A DNA stretch of 64,000 nt, from the NCBI GenBank assembly GCA_964540475.1, contig CAZIMC010000001.1, positions 97,203 to 161,202 of the forward strand, written 5' to 3'. Origin of the DNA: an uncultured Gammaproteobacteria bacterium. GTDB lineage: Bacteria; Patescibacteriota; Microgenomatia; UBA8517. The notes beneath the pieces were generated by a model that was given only the letters and a program-made list of their open reading frames with translations, had not been told where the DNA came from and searched no databases. Shown one piece after another: positions 9,280-19,276 of the stretch; position 1 is the first letter of the stretch; every line of letters starts with the position of its first letter. The position numbers and the translations under genes were made by a program.

Positions 9280-9699
9280 ATGGCTGAACTAAAAACAAAA
9301 CCTACTAAAGGAAATGTTGAGGACTTTTTAGATTCAATAGCGCCAGAACAAAAACGTCTAGATGGTTATGTCTTGCTTCAAATGTTTAAAGAAATAACAG
9401 GTGAAAAACCGGTAATGTGGGGAAATAGTATAGTCGGGTTTGGTAAGTATCATTATAAGTCAGAAAGAAGCAAGCAAGAAGGAGATTGGCCCCTTTCTGC
9501 ATTCTCCCCCCGCAAGCAAAGCTTGTCCCTCTACATCATGGCAGAAAATGAGAAGTTTAAAAAATTACTTAATAAACTTGGTAAGCACAAAACCGGAGTT
9601 GGGTGCTTATATATAAATAAACTCTCGGATATTGACATAAATGTACTTAAAGCATTAATAAAAGTGTCATATGTGCACTCAAAAAGATCTCTAACCTAA
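9280..9699 (+). CDS. DUF1801 (YdhG-like) domain protein
   Basis: N-terminal VEDFLDSIAPEQKRLDGYVLLQMFKEITG pattern typical of DUF1801. Confidence 0.6.
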   Translation: MAELKTKPTKGNVEDFLDSIAPEQKRLDGYVLLQMFKEITGEKPVMWGNSIVGFGKYHYKSERSKQEGDWPLSAFSPRKQSLSLYIMAENEKFKKLLNKLGKHKTGVGCLYINKLSDIDINVLKALIKVSYVHSKRSLT

Positions 9700-9919
9700 A
9701 ATCACACACCGGGCGCAAAAATGACAATAGAATTCAGAACCCAGCCAAATACTCCCGAAAAGCCCAAAAGCCCCGCGCCCACAAAACCAGTTTTACCCCC
9801 CAGAAAACCAGAAGCTTCTAAAAAACATATCCGCCGAAGCGGAAAGTAATCTTTCTTTGCCATTTGTCAATTTGATTTAATAAATTGATGGTCGCCGGCC
9901 TAAATGTTACAATTTCAAA

Positions 9920-10453
9920 ATGGTAGAAAGAATAACCCAGCTTTCCCACAATTATGCTTTAGATAACTTTTTTAGATTGCGCTATGGAGTAGAAGGCGCA
10001 AATACCCTAATGCCTTGCGAGCCCATCAACGATCCACATCTCGTTCTTGGAATTATTGACAATAACAATGTTAACCCCAGAAGGCTACTTCTTTTAGACA
10101 AAGATTTGGCACCAATCCGTGTAACTTCCCCCGAGACCGGCAAAGACCATGCATTGGCACTGCCTGGAAAGTCCGCATTCATCTGTTTTACCAATGAAGA
10201 GTGCGAAGAGGATATTGTCAGAGAAATGGTAGCCAGCAACTTAGCATGCGAACCAAACAGGAGGCACCACCTTCATCTTGCTACAGTTGCAAAAATAAAA
10301 ACCGCCGGTTGGACCCCATTTTGGGCTCCATTACAGCTTAAAGGAAATGTCTTGCATGTGAGAATGGTTGCGCAAAGAACAATTGACACACTAGCTCACC
10401 CTACCATTGATGACGCTCAAAGGCTTGCAGAAGCGTTTACCAAAGTTGCCTAA
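9920..10453 (+). CDS. hypothetical protein
   Basis: 177-aa ORF with no recognisable motif; slightly GC-richer local composition. Confidence 0.4.
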   Translation: MVERITQLSHNYALDNFFRLRYGVEGANTLMPCEPINDPHLVLGIIDNNNVNPRRLLLLDKDLAPIRVTSPETGKDHALALPGKSAFICFTNEECEEDIVREMVASNLACEPNRRHHLHLATVAKIKTAGWTPFWAPLQLKGNVLHVRMVAQRTIDTLAHPTIDDAQRLAEAFTKVA

Positions 10454-10492
10454 CCGGCAAGGAATGCCCCCAACACCTCAAGCGTCTCCCTT

Positions 10493-10693
10493 TTACTGCG
10501 CTGGAGTGTTCACATTAACATCCACTTCTCGCGGGATGTTAATATTTGTTCCTCCGCCAAACCCCCCGCCTCTACCAAAGTAAAACAGTAGTAAAAACAA
10601 AGCTATCAAAAGCACCACGCCAATAGCTAAATTTGTACCACCAGATGGACTGGTTTCTCTATGCTCTCTTATTACATCTGCCACATTTCTCAC
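10493..10693 (-). CDS. small Gly-rich membrane protein
   Basis: 66 aa; one TM helix (LAIGVVLLIALFLLLFYF) followed by GRGGGFGGG. Confidence 0.35.
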   Translation of the reverse strand: MRNVADVIREHRETSPSGGTNLAIGVVLLIALFLLLFYFGRGGGFGGGTNINIPREVDVNVNTPAQ

Positions 10694-10697
10694 CCCC

Positions 10698-10955
10698 TTA
10701 AGGTGTCATATCTACCTGTATTTGTGCTGGAACTGCCGCACCATTCATATTAAAGGTATTAACCGCTCTTTTAACCACTGGTGTCCCGTAATATGCGAGT
10801 GCCGCCATTAGTGCTATCAATACAATTGCCCCCAGCAGTGTCTCCGCCCTTCTTTGAGCCTGAACTGCCCTAACATTCTCTAAAGTATCCATCATAAATA
10901 TCACCCCCTTGACTTCGCTTAAGATCATTGACCTTTCTTTAAGCACTATAAGCAC
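10698..10955 (-). CDS. small membrane protein
   Basis: 85 aa, one TM helix; 5 bp upstream of the previous small gene on the same strand. Confidence 0.35.
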   Translation of the reverse strand: MLIVLKERSMILSEVKGVIFMMDTLENVRAVQAQRRAETLLGAIVLIALMAALAYYGTPVVKRAVNTFNMNGAAVPAQIQVDMTP

Positions 10956-11041
10956 GAGGCAAAAGAATTTGATAAATATTGTTTAAAGAAATTGTAAGAA
11001 AGCGTGGCTTTGGGGTCAGATATACAGTAAGAGGCCCGCCC

Positions 11042-11314
11042 TTACTCCTCAATGAATATCTCGTCAATATAGCACCACTTCCAGCTCTCCCCTGGCTCGT
11101 GTGATCTAATTACAGGGTGGTTGGTTGATTTAAAATGCTTAGTGGCATGCTTATTTTTAGATTGATCACAGCAGCCAACATGTCCACAACTAAGACACAT
11201 GCGTAGATGAACCCATTCATCCCCTGTTTTAAGACATTCTTCGCACCCCGACGCGCTTGGAGTAACGTTCTTGATTTGATCCAGGTGCTCACAATTTTGA
11301 ACAGAAGCTTTCAT
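11042..11314 (-). CDS. UBP-type zinc finger (zf-UBP) domain protein
   Basis: CEHL...CEECLK...WVHLRMCLSCGHVGCCD...HATKHF...NHP matches the Znf-UBP Cys/His pattern. Confidence 0.65.
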   Translation of the reverse strand: MKASVQNCEHLDQIKNVTPSASGCEECLKTGDEWVHLRMCLSCGHVGCCDQSKNKHATKHFKSTNHPVIRSHEPGESWKWCYIDEIFIEE

Positions 11315-11406
11315 AACTTAAACATTAATATATAGGCCGGCTTCGGTCAATCAACTAAAATATTGCTTGACTTCCATATTGGCGACCATACAATTAAACC
11401 AGCTTA

Positions 11407-12558
11407 ATGGGAAATATTTTAGAAGAAATCTACAAATCATCGCTTAAGTTTTTATCTCCCTTAAATCCACAAGAGACGTATGAAGCCATTGTTTCCGAGG
11501 CGGTCCATCTTACAGGCACAAAATGGGGATCGATATTTTTAGCTCATAACGATGCTCTCAAAAGGGTATACACCAATCAGCCTTCAAAACTGCAACCCGG
11601 GGTAAGAAAACGTGGGTATACATATAAGACTTTTAAAACCGGAAGGGCCCATGTTCTTGCGGGTAAAAGTATAAAAAAAACACACCCCCTATATGGAAAA
11701 GCAAAAGCAGTGGTTTTTGTACCGCTTTACTATGGTAGTGGCCCTGTGGGAGTTCTAAACTTGCTTTCCGACAGAATAATAAAACTTGACCGGCAAACCT
11801 TGCATCAGCTTCAGTTATATGGCTCAATGGCTTCGTTGGCAATCCACAAGGCTCAACTCCTTGAAAAAGCCCAGGAAGCTCTTAAAAACCGAGATTTTTT
11901 CATCTCGACAGCTTCACATGAGCTTAAAACTCCTTTAACTTCAATTTATGTATATGCCCAACTACTAAGCCAAAAGTTCGGCGAAAGCAAGAATCCGGAA
12001 GGTAAGTGGAGTAAAAACCTGTATAAGGAGGTTAACAGGCTTACGCGACTGGTTAACGAGTTTCTGCATGTAGATTCCGTTAAAGCCGGGGCTTTAAAGT
12101 ATTTCATACGAAAGCATTCACTTAAAAAAATTGTCCAGCAGGCAATCTCAGACAGCCTACTCGCCTATCCCGAGCACAATTTTGTTGCGACTCTGGAAAA
12201 CAAACGGGGCAATTATTTTGTTTATGGTGATTTTGACAAACTCTTGCAAGCGATTTTAAACCTTTTAACAAATGCTGCCAAATTCTCCCCTGCAGGTTCT
12301 CTAATTACTGTTACCCTTTTTCGCCAGGGCTCTGACAATGTATTAGCCATACAGGATAACGGCAAAGGAATACCCAAAGAAGAGCTTGAAAGAGTTTTTG
12401 ATGTCTTTTATAAGGGCAAGGGCTCATATCAAGAGGGTATGGGCATTGGGTTATATCTAGTCAAGGAGATAATTGAAAAGCATCACGGAGAAATAAAGTT
12501 AATATCCCATCCTGGCAAAGGCACCAGGGTGGAAATAAGGTTACTAGAAGCAAAATAA
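11407..12558 (+). CDS. sensor histidine kinase with N-terminal GAF-like domain (no adjacent response regulator)
   Basis: H-box SHELKTPLTSI; N and G boxes LLTNAAKFSP, GMGIGLYLVKEIIEKHHGEI; 383 aa without TM segments. Confidence 0.8.
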   Translation: MGNILEEIYKSSLKFLSPLNPQETYEAIVSEAVHLTGTKWGSIFLAHNDALKRVYTNQPSKLQPGVRKRGYTYKTFKTGRAHVLAGKSIKKTHPLYGKAKAVVFVPLYYGSGPVGVLNLLSDRIIKLDRQTLHQLQLYGSMASLAIHKAQLLEKAQEALKNRDFFISTASHELKTPLTSIYVYAQLLSQKFGESKNPEGKWSKNLYKEVNRLTRLVNEFLHVDSVKAGALKYFIRKHSLKKIVQQAISDSLLAYPEHNFVATLENKRGNYFVYGDFDKLLQAILNLLTNAAKFSPAGSLITVTLFRQGSDNVLAIQDNGKGIPKEELERVFDVFYKGKGSYQEGMGIGLYLVKEIIEKHHGEIKLISHPGKGTRVEIRLLEAK

Positions 12559-12564
12559 TATAAA

Positions 12565-13674
12565 TTGAATAGCGAAAGAAGATCCAACATTCAAATTGAT
12601 ATTGGCGCAGACCTGGAAACAAGGAAAGAGGAGTTTCTTGTGGTGCAAAATTTGGAAACTGTGTATGTGCCCGCCAGAATACAAGAACCTTTCGTCAGCT
12701 ACTTTGTGAAAGCCATGGCTGAAAACCAAATTAAAGAGTTCGTAATAAGTGGCGCACCTCAAATAGGAAAATCCCGGATAGCAAATGAACTGAACCACCT
12801 AGTAAGACATTACTCCACCATTGTGGCTCCATACAGAAAAGAACCACTTCAAATATTTATGCAGTGGTATGATATGGCCAGAAGAACCGTACTTGAGAGT
12901 ACCCGGTGGAAGAATTACACTTCAGAAATTTCTCCGGTTGATCCTGACTGGGCCACTAAAGTATTTGATAGAATTGCAAAAGATAGTCGGGAGGAAGAAT
13001 TTCGGGAGGATGTTAACAACCAGATTGTACTTGATTATGAAAAGATTAAAAGCGAAGGCACCATATTCCGTGGAAATATTCACGGAATTGAAGTGCCGCT
13101 AATTGGGAAAAAAGACTTAGGTAGAACTGCTTTAAATACCATAAAAAATAAATTGAGAAACAGCATGCTTGTAGCTGTTGTTCCTGAATTTAGTTACCAA
13201 CAAGAAAGATCTGGAGTGCAAGAGAGAGGAAATGAGATTTCCTCTCTCGTGTTAAACGCAGCAAGCAGCGAAGTTCCAGAGCTACTTGAAAGCCGCGGTA
13301 TATCAATCAGATATGCAGGAAAGAGGCTGACTGATAAGGAGTTGGGCGACCGTCTCAAAGGGGTATTTAGATGGGTTGCTTCAAGCAAGCGGGTCATCGA
13401 CTTAAATAAAGATGTTGTGGAGGCAGCCAGAAATGTTCCTGTTTGGATAGAAAAAAGGATGAAGGCTCCCAAAATGTATAACGGCTTAGATATACCAGTT
13501 CAACACTGGGATAACCCATATGTCAGACATATGTTGCACATTTTACTCGCCAGAAAGGATGAAGGGGGGATCGGAATACCCCAAAACCAATTTGTGGTTG
13601 TGATGAACCGCTTTAGGCCGCAATTCCAACACCAAATAATCGATTTGGACTTCTTGGAAAGTAAAAATGGTTAA
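12565..13674 (+). CDS. P-loop NTPase-domain protein of unknown function
   Basis: Walker A GAPQIGKS; 369 aa; starts 7 bp after the histidine kinase gene. Confidence 0.45.
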   Translation: MNSERRSNIQIDIGADLETRKEEFLVVQNLETVYVPARIQEPFVSYFVKAMAENQIKEFVISGAPQIGKSRIANELNHLVRHYSTIVAPYRKEPLQIFMQWYDMARRTVLESTRWKNYTSEISPVDPDWATKVFDRIAKDSREEEFREDVNNQIVLDYEKIKSEGTIFRGNIHGIEVPLIGKKDLGRTALNTIKNKLRNSMLVAVVPEFSYQQERSGVQERGNEISSLVLNAASSEVPELLESRGISIRYAGKRLTDKELGDRLKGVFRWVASSKRVIDLNKDVVEAARNVPVWIEKRMKAPKMYNGLDIPVQHWDNPYVRHMLHILLARKDEGGIGIPQNQFVVVMNRFRPQFQHQIIDLDFLESKNG

Positions 13675-13719
13675 GAATATGCAGCACCCCCAGTAACGTC
13701 TATAATAACTCTAATATTT

Positions 13720-14055
13720 ATGGATTCGACACTTAGCGAGAAATCTTTTTGGCCCACCTGGGAAAGAGGTAGGGCCGAAATCACAACACACTTTGCAAAC
13801 TCTATCGAGCCCAAGCAAGCTGCTGAGTTTGTCAGGGGTTGTCATCGCATCTACGAAATGGTTTTGTCCGAACACCCGGATGTGCTAATAACCACAGAAA
13901 GAGGAGGAATTCCTCTTGGTTGGGCAATATCTGTAATTGAACAGGAAAAAGGAGCTAAGCCTATCAAAAAGATTGTATTACCCTTGGCATGCATACTGAC
14001 ACACGCCATCAGAAAACCAAAATTATTCACCCCACCGAACACAAAATTGCCATAA
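13720..14055 (+). CDS. hypothetical protein (possibly the N-terminal part of a frameshifted gene)
   Basis: 111-aa ORF overlapping the next ORF by 67 nt in a different frame. Confidence 0.35.
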   Translation: MDSTLSEKSFWPTWERGRAEITTHFANSIEPKQAAEFVRGCHRIYEMVLSEHPDVLITTERGGIPLGWAISVIEQEKGAKPIKKIVLPLACILTHAIRKPKLFTPPNTKLP

Positions 14056-14588
14056 CAAGAAAGCTACTTGAACACGAGCAAGTGTCACCAGCTGGTCTGG
14101 GTAAAGTTGCATATGTTGAAGAAACAATAAGCGGAAACTCTCTTAATTTCTTTTTGAAATCGGTCTACCCAGTGCTTTATGATTATGGATGTACCCAACT
14201 TTTTGTGATTGCAGCAATAGACAACACCTCTAAGGCCAAGCAAACAGAAATAGCTGATCCACCAAATGCCAGTGTAAAAATCTCGCGGATCTCTCTACCG
14301 TTAATATTTACAGACAGGAGCATATTTTTGAATACCCTAGCAATAGCAACAGGGCAAGAGCAAATAATGCCACAAACAGTACATAACGTCGAAACCAGAA
14401 AAATAGTGGAAATTATTACATTGGCCCACCTCCATCCCGCTCGATTAAAGAGTGTGCTTGATAATACGGCGGCTAGCGAAAAAGGAGGAAATCAGCTACA
14501 GGAACTAGTAAAAGAAGTGACAAAAGATATGCCAAAGCCAGAGGTGTTTATTGATTGGCTTAAAAGGTACTACGGAGAAATAAACTAA
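13989..14588 (+). CDS. hypothetical protein (possibly the C-terminal part of a frameshifted gene)
   Basis: 199-aa ORF in frame 3, overlapping 13720..14055 (frame 1). Confidence 0.35.
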   Translation: MHTDTRHQKTKIIHPTEHKIAITRKLLEHEQVSPAGLGKVAYVEETISGNSLNFFLKSVYPVLYDYGCTQLFVIAAIDNTSKAKQTEIADPPNASVKISRISLPLIFTDRSIFLNTLAIATGQEQIMPQTVHNVETRKIVEIITLAHLHPARLKSVLDNTAASEKGGNQLQELVKEVTKDMPKPEVFIDWLKRYYGEIN

Positions 14589-15304
14589 GCTTTTCTTTCT
14601 TTTACATATCCTGGCGGATAAAAGGCGTATTCCTCTTCTTCTGCTCCCTTCTCGAGAACGTGTACAATTCTCCCCGCCACAAATTCGGGGGTTAGGTACT
14701 TTTTGCCCTTTTTCATCCTCTCTTTTTTCTTTTCAATGCTTGCTCCAAAATTGGTCAGAACACTCCCCAGGGTTACCAAACTGAAATTAATTTTACCCTT
14801 GTATTCTTTTGCCAGTGACAACGACCATCCCCGTAATGCAAACTTTGAAGCACAATAAAGACTCCTTTCAGAAAAGCCACGCTTCCCCATACCGGAACCC
14901 ATTGAAATCACCACTGGATTCGAGGCTCTCTTAAGCAGTGGCAAAACTTCTTTGGTAATTAAATAATTGGCATCGACATTTAGTCCAAAGCTAACCTGCC
15001 ATTCATCAAAACTTGCGTTCTCAAAGCTTTTATAAATTCCAATTCCTGCGGCATGAATTACCCCATCGATATGTTTAAAATCGGCTCGCAATTTTGACCC
15101 CAAATCTTTTATTGATCCACGGTCTAAAAGATTGCATGTATAATATTTATCCGCACCAACCTCTTCGGCAATAGCCTTGAGTTCTTCCTCGCTTCTTGCA
15201 ACCAACACGAGTCGGACTTCGTTTTTTGAAAGCTCTTTGGCAATAGCGCTACCTATCCCCCCCGTTGCACCAATAAGAAGAATTATTTTACCAGCAAGTT
15301 GCAT
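14585..15304 (-). CDS. short-chain dehydrogenase/reductase (SDR) family oxidoreductase
   Basis: GATGGIGSAIAKEL Rossmann motif and YCASKFAL (YxxxK catalytic motif). Confidence 0.85.
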   Translation of the reverse strand: MQLAGKIILLIGATGGIGSAIAKELSKNEVRLVLVARSEEELKAIAEEVGADKYYTCNLLDRGSIKDLGSKLRADFKHIDGVIHAAGIGIYKSFENASFDEWQVSFGLNVDANYLITKEVLPLLKRASNPVVISMGSGMGKRGFSERSLYCASKFALRGWSLSLAKEYKGKINFSLVTLGSVLTNFGASIEKKKERMKKGKKYLTPEFVAGRIVHVLEKGAEEEEYAFYPPGYVKERKA

Positions 15305-15340
15305 TACCCCATTATATGACCAAAACAGGGATAATGTATA

Positions 15341-16444
15341 TTAATCCAAATAATCCTGAAGTTTCTTTCTCCTGCTTGGATGTTTTAACTTTCTTAACGC
15401 TTTTGCCTCAATTTGCCTAATACGCTCACGGGTCACTCCGAAAACTTTGCCAACCTCCTCAAGTGTCATTTGTTTGTTGCCTTCAAGGCCAAAGCGAAGC
15501 TTGAGCACTCTTGCCTCACGGTCTGAAAGAGTTGCTAAAACCTCATCTAAATGATCTTTAAGAAGCTGTTTGCTGGCCTGGTCAACCGGCGAAAGCTGGC
15601 TCTCATCAGGAATAAAGTCACCCAATATACTTTCCTCATCCTCCCCAACAGGTGTTTCAAGGGATGTAACCTCCTGTGCAATCTTAAAGATTTCGCGTAC
15701 TCGGTCCGGTTCAATCTCAAGCTCTTCCCCAATCTCCTCGGCAGTAGGTTCACGACCCAGCTCTTGCATTAACCTTCTACTTGTCCGGTAGAGTTTGTTA
15801 ATTGTCTCTACCATATGAACCGGGATACGGATGGTTCTTGCCTGATCTGCGATTGCACGGGTTATGGCTTGCCTAATCCACCATGTTGCATATGTTGAAA
15901 ACTTAAAACCTTTCCTCCAGTCGTATTTTTCAACCGCACGAATAAGGCCTTGATTACCCTCTTGTATTAAGTCCAAAAGCGATAATCCTCTACCAATGTA
16001 TTTTTTGGCAATTGAAACAACCAGCCTTAAATTGCTTTCTGTTAACTTGTCCTTGGCTCTTCTGTCCCCTTTTTCATATCTTTTGGCAAGCTCCGCCTCC
16101 TCTTCAGCATCAAGAAGGGGAACTCGTCCAATTTCGCGCAAATACTGCCTGACCGGATCGGTTGATTCTATTCCTTCAAGCTTTGAGAGGATTTCAATCT
16201 CCCGATCAAGCTTTTCTTGGGCTTTTTCCGAAGTTTCAGCCTCCTCCAGGCTTACTGATTCAAAAACATCAATATTTTCACCGAGGAGCGTGTCGTAGAA
16301 ATCGTCAAGCTCAACTATGCGCATTTCAGCATCCGGAAAGACCTCCAAGATTTCATCCTGAGTTAAGAACCCCTGCTCACGTCCCTTTTTAATTAGTTCT
16401 TGTACCGGTTTTCTTATCATTATAAAACTTTGCCACGGTTTCAC
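15341..16444 (-). CDS. rpoD: RNA polymerase sigma-70 factor RpoD
   Basis: Region 2 [43 protein letters not shown]; region 4 [21 protein letters not shown]. Directly downstream of dnaG on the same strand. Confidence 0.9.
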   Translation of the reverse strand: MKPWQSFIMIRKPVQELIKKGREQGFLTQDEILEVFPDAEMRIVELDDFYDTLLGENIDVFESVSLEEAETSEKAQEKLDREIEILSKLEGIESTDPVRQYLREIGRVPLLDAEEEAELAKRYEKGDRRAKDKLTESNLRLVVSIAKKYIGRGLSLLDLIQEGNQGLIRAVEKYDWRKGFKFSTYATWWIRQAITRAIADQARTIRIPVHMVETINKLYRTSRRLMQELGREPTAEEIGEELEIEPDRVREIFKIAQEVTSLETPVGEDEESILGDFIPDESQLSPVDQASKQLLKDHLDEVLATLSDREARVLKLRFGLEGNKQMTLEEVGKVFGVTRERIRQIEAKALRKLKHPSRRKKLQDYLD

Positions 16445-16473
16445 TCACCGCAAAAAATAACCCCTTAGGGGCG

Positions 16474-18264
16474 TTAATAAGTAATTATACCCTTCTTTTC
16501 CGCTTCTTCAAGTCTCGATAGTCGTCTGGCCAGTTCTGCAAACCTTATTTGTGCTTTTTCTAACTTCGACAAGCTTTTGTCTTCTTCAAACTGTCTCATC
16601 TTTGCGCTTAACTCTTCCAAGGTTTTACGGATACTCAAAACCTCAAGTTCACGAACAATAACACCTACTTCTTTGTTCAGGTGGTCAGGTGAAGTTTCTC
16701 CGATCCCTGCATCAACCAACACCATATCCGTGAAGCCACGTACTAGCTCCTTAGGCAAGCTCGCGGCAAATTGCGCCTGACTAAACTTCTCTTTGTTCAC
16801 AAAATTACCCAATTCTTCAACAATTCTGCTGGCAAGGGGTGTTATGATTAAATTCTTAACTTCTCTTTTAAGCAAGACTGTCGGGTCTCCCTGAAAACAG
16901 ATCGCAAGTAGCCTCTCCTCTAGTAAAACTCTCCTGCTCTTTTCAGGCTGCTTGACGAGGCTACCAATACTGCTAATCGTGGCGCTTGGTTTAAGCTTCA
17001 GTCTGTCAAGTTCAGTAAAAACCGCCTCCGGCGGTACATCGAGTCGTTTTGCAACCAGCCCCACGTAATGAGACTTCACAATGGCATCATCTATATTTGC
17101 CAAAACAGGTACCACCTCTTTACTTATTCTGGCCTTACCTTCTCCCTTTAAACTGTATTTTTTGAAAATTGAATCCACCAGAAAATCCCAAATACTTACC
17201 GCACCATCGAGAGACTCCTTGTAAGATTCCGGGTCGCTACGTGCCGCCTCATCGGGATCTTTAAACCTTGTTTGACCAGCAACATTAACTTCAAGCCCTT
17301 CCGCTTGCGCGGTTTTTATACCTTTTTTGGCGGCTTCATTGCCTGCAAAATCGGAATCAAGTGCAAGGGTGATTTTTTTTGTGAAACGTGCTAAGAGTCT
17401 TACCTGCTCATCGGTCAAGGCTGAACCCTTGATGGCAACCACATTTTTAATTCCAATTTGCCAAGAAGAAATCATGTCAAGCTCCCCCTCAACCACTACG
17501 GCAACACCAGACCTTTTTATAAATTCACGCGAAAGATTTATGCCATAAAGGGTAGCGCTTTTATGGTAAATGGGTGTTTCGGGAGAATTAATATATTTTG
17601 CCATATCTTCACGGCTACCGGGCAGTATCCGTCCAGCAAAAGCAATTGTATTACCACGACTGTCTGATATCGGAAAAATTACCCGACCCTTCATGCGATC
17701 AATAATAAACTTACTTCTAGCAAACCCGATTCCTGCTGTTTCCAGGTCTTGTGGTCTAAATTTCTTTTTTTCGACAAGAAATCTACTCAACAAGCTTGAG
17801 TTGCTGGGCGCAAAACCCAAGTTAAATTCCTTTATAGTCGCCACTGTTATACCGCGATTTTCAACTAGATACTTTAATGCCAGTGCACCTAATTTGTGGT
17901 TAAGAAGTATATGATTATAAAACCGCGCAGTCCAGCTGTTTACTTCAAGTAATGTATCTTTTATACCCCTGGTTTCACCGTGATAGCTTTTCAGCTTAAT
18001 CCCAGCCCTATCAGCCAAATATTTAAGAGCTTCAGAAAAATCCATACCTTCATACTTCTCAAGAAAGGTAAAAACATCCCCGCTTTCTCCGCAACCGAAA
18101 CACTTAAAAATCTGAAGTTCTCCCGAAATCATAAACGATGGGCTTTTCTCTCCATGAAACGGGCAAAGAGCTTTATAGTTGCGCCCAGCTTTTTTAACCT
18201 CTATCCGCTCTCCAATTATTGATGCTATATCTGTCCTCTGTTTTACCTCGGTGGCCTGGTCCAT
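16474..18264 (-). CDS. dnaG: DNA primase DnaG
   Basis: Zinc-binding CPFHGEKSPSF...CFGCG and a TOPRIM region; dnaG-rpoD arrangement. Confidence 0.9.
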   Translation of the reverse strand: MDQATEVKQRTDIASIIGERIEVKKAGRNYKALCPFHGEKSPSFMISGELQIFKCFGCGESGDVFTFLEKYEGMDFSEALKYLADRAGIKLKSYHGETRGIKDTLLEVNSWTARFYNHILLNHKLGALALKYLVENRGITVATIKEFNLGFAPSNSSLLSRFLVEKKKFRPQDLETAGIGFARSKFIIDRMKGRVIFPISDSRGNTIAFAGRILPGSREDMAKYINSPETPIYHKSATLYGINLSREFIKRSGVAVVVEGELDMISSWQIGIKNVVAIKGSALTDEQVRLLARFTKKITLALDSDFAGNEAAKKGIKTAQAEGLEVNVAGQTRFKDPDEAARSDPESYKESLDGAVSIWDFLVDSIFKKYSLKGEGKARISKEVVPVLANIDDAIVKSHYVGLVAKRLDVPPEAVFTELDRLKLKPSATISSIGSLVKQPEKSRRVLLEERLLAICFQGDPTVLLKREVKNLIITPLASRIVEELGNFVNKEKFSQAQFAASLPKELVRGFTDMVLVDAGIGETSPDHLNKEVGVIVRELEVLSIRKTLEELSAKMRQFEEDKSLSKLEKAQIRFAELARRLSRLEEAEKKGIITY

Positions 18265-18297
18265 GCTTTTGGCTGATTATATAACAGTAGACAGGCA

Positions 18298-19125
18298 TTA
18301 CCAATGAATCCCAATATTTAGCAGTAAATTATAAAATTCCTGCATATTACAAACCCTCGCTACACCCATTTTCTCCAATTCAGTAAATCCTTGAGCTGGG
18401 CGTCGGTTTTTGGAGTCATAATTAACCACCCACTTATATCCTGCCGCTAGGGAGGAGGACACATCAGAAACCAAACTATCACCCATAGCCAAACTTCTTG
18501 TGGGCTCGGCGCGTACGGTCCTAGCACAATCTTTCCAGTGTTCGGGTGTTTTAGCGCTTTTGGTAACGCAGTAAAGCGTGTCAATAAGATTATATATATC
18601 TGCTTCTTCACATTTCCTGACCGCATCCTTTTCTGTCGATAAAGTAATAACCGCAATTTTCCTGTCACATGAGCTAAGCGCGCTAAGCAATTCGACTACG
18701 CCCGGAAAGGGTGGAAAAGGGTCCTGGTAAGCTTTCATCAAATACTCCCAACTCCTCCTCACAGCCTCTTCCTCTATTTCAGGCCAACCCCTCACCATGC
18801 CCTCAACCACCAGGCCCCACCTTCCCGGTTCAGAACCATAGTAATCCAAAGATGCCCTATCAAGCTCCCAAAATATTTCTAGAGCGGTGCTCCTTTCTGA
18901 TTCTTTAATGGATTGAACCAAAATCTCTCCCGCTCTTCTTCTATTTTCCTTAAAGGATTTATCCTGCAATAAAGTACCATCCAAATCAAAAAACAATGCC
19001 TGCAAGTCAATTAAGTCCAGATGTTCTTTTAATTTTTCTTGTTCTAAATGGAATTGCGGAGACTCGGGCTTAAGTCTTTGGCCTTCACTTCTTTCTGGCA
19101 TACATGGGATTATATGAAAAAGCAA
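18298..19125 (-). CDS. HAD-superfamily hydrolase
   Basis: Motif I FFDLDGTLL; 275 aa. The true start may be downstream of the first Met. Confidence 0.6.
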   Translation of the reverse strand: MLFHIIPCMPERSEGQRLKPESPQFHLEQEKLKEHLDLIDLQALFFDLDGTLLQDKSFKENRRRAGEILVQSIKESERSTALEIFWELDRASLDYYGSEPGRWGLVVEGMVRGWPEIEEEAVRRSWEYLMKAYQDPFPPFPGVVELLSALSSCDRKIAVITLSTEKDAVRKCEEADIYNLIDTLYCVTKSAKTPEHWKDCARTVRAEPTRSLAMGDSLVSDVSSSLAAGYKWVVNYDSKNRRPAQGFTELEKMGVARVCNMQEFYNLLLNIGIHW

Positions 19126-19196
19126 GTAAGAAAACGATAAGAAGACGGAAAGAAAACAAATTGATTCAAGCGAATAAATTGACAGTGATTATAACT

Positions 19197-19276
19197 GGGG
19201 TGAGGGAGGGATTCGTGTGCACAGTTGATTCTCACCTTGGCACTATCGAATACCGCACTCAACGCGAGTCTGCGAG
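19197..19276 (-). repeat. tRNA-3'-end direct-repeat module downstream of tRNA-Ser(GGA): 17-bp copy of the tRNA 3' end plus a conserved insert
   Basis: GGTGAGGGAGGGATTCG at 19199..19215 repeats 19278..19294 (tRNA 3' end). Insert carries CTTGGCACTATC and TGTGCACA and is near-identical to the module at 20286..20367. Confidence 0.7.

Noticed and set aside
9721-9849. 42-aa Pro/Lys-rich ORF (MTIEFRTQPNTPEKPKSPAPTKPVLPPRKPEASKKHIRRSGK) in the 9700..9920 spacer
   Set aside because: It is below the ORF cutoff and low-complexity, with no RBS-like signal seen. I could not distinguish it from chance.
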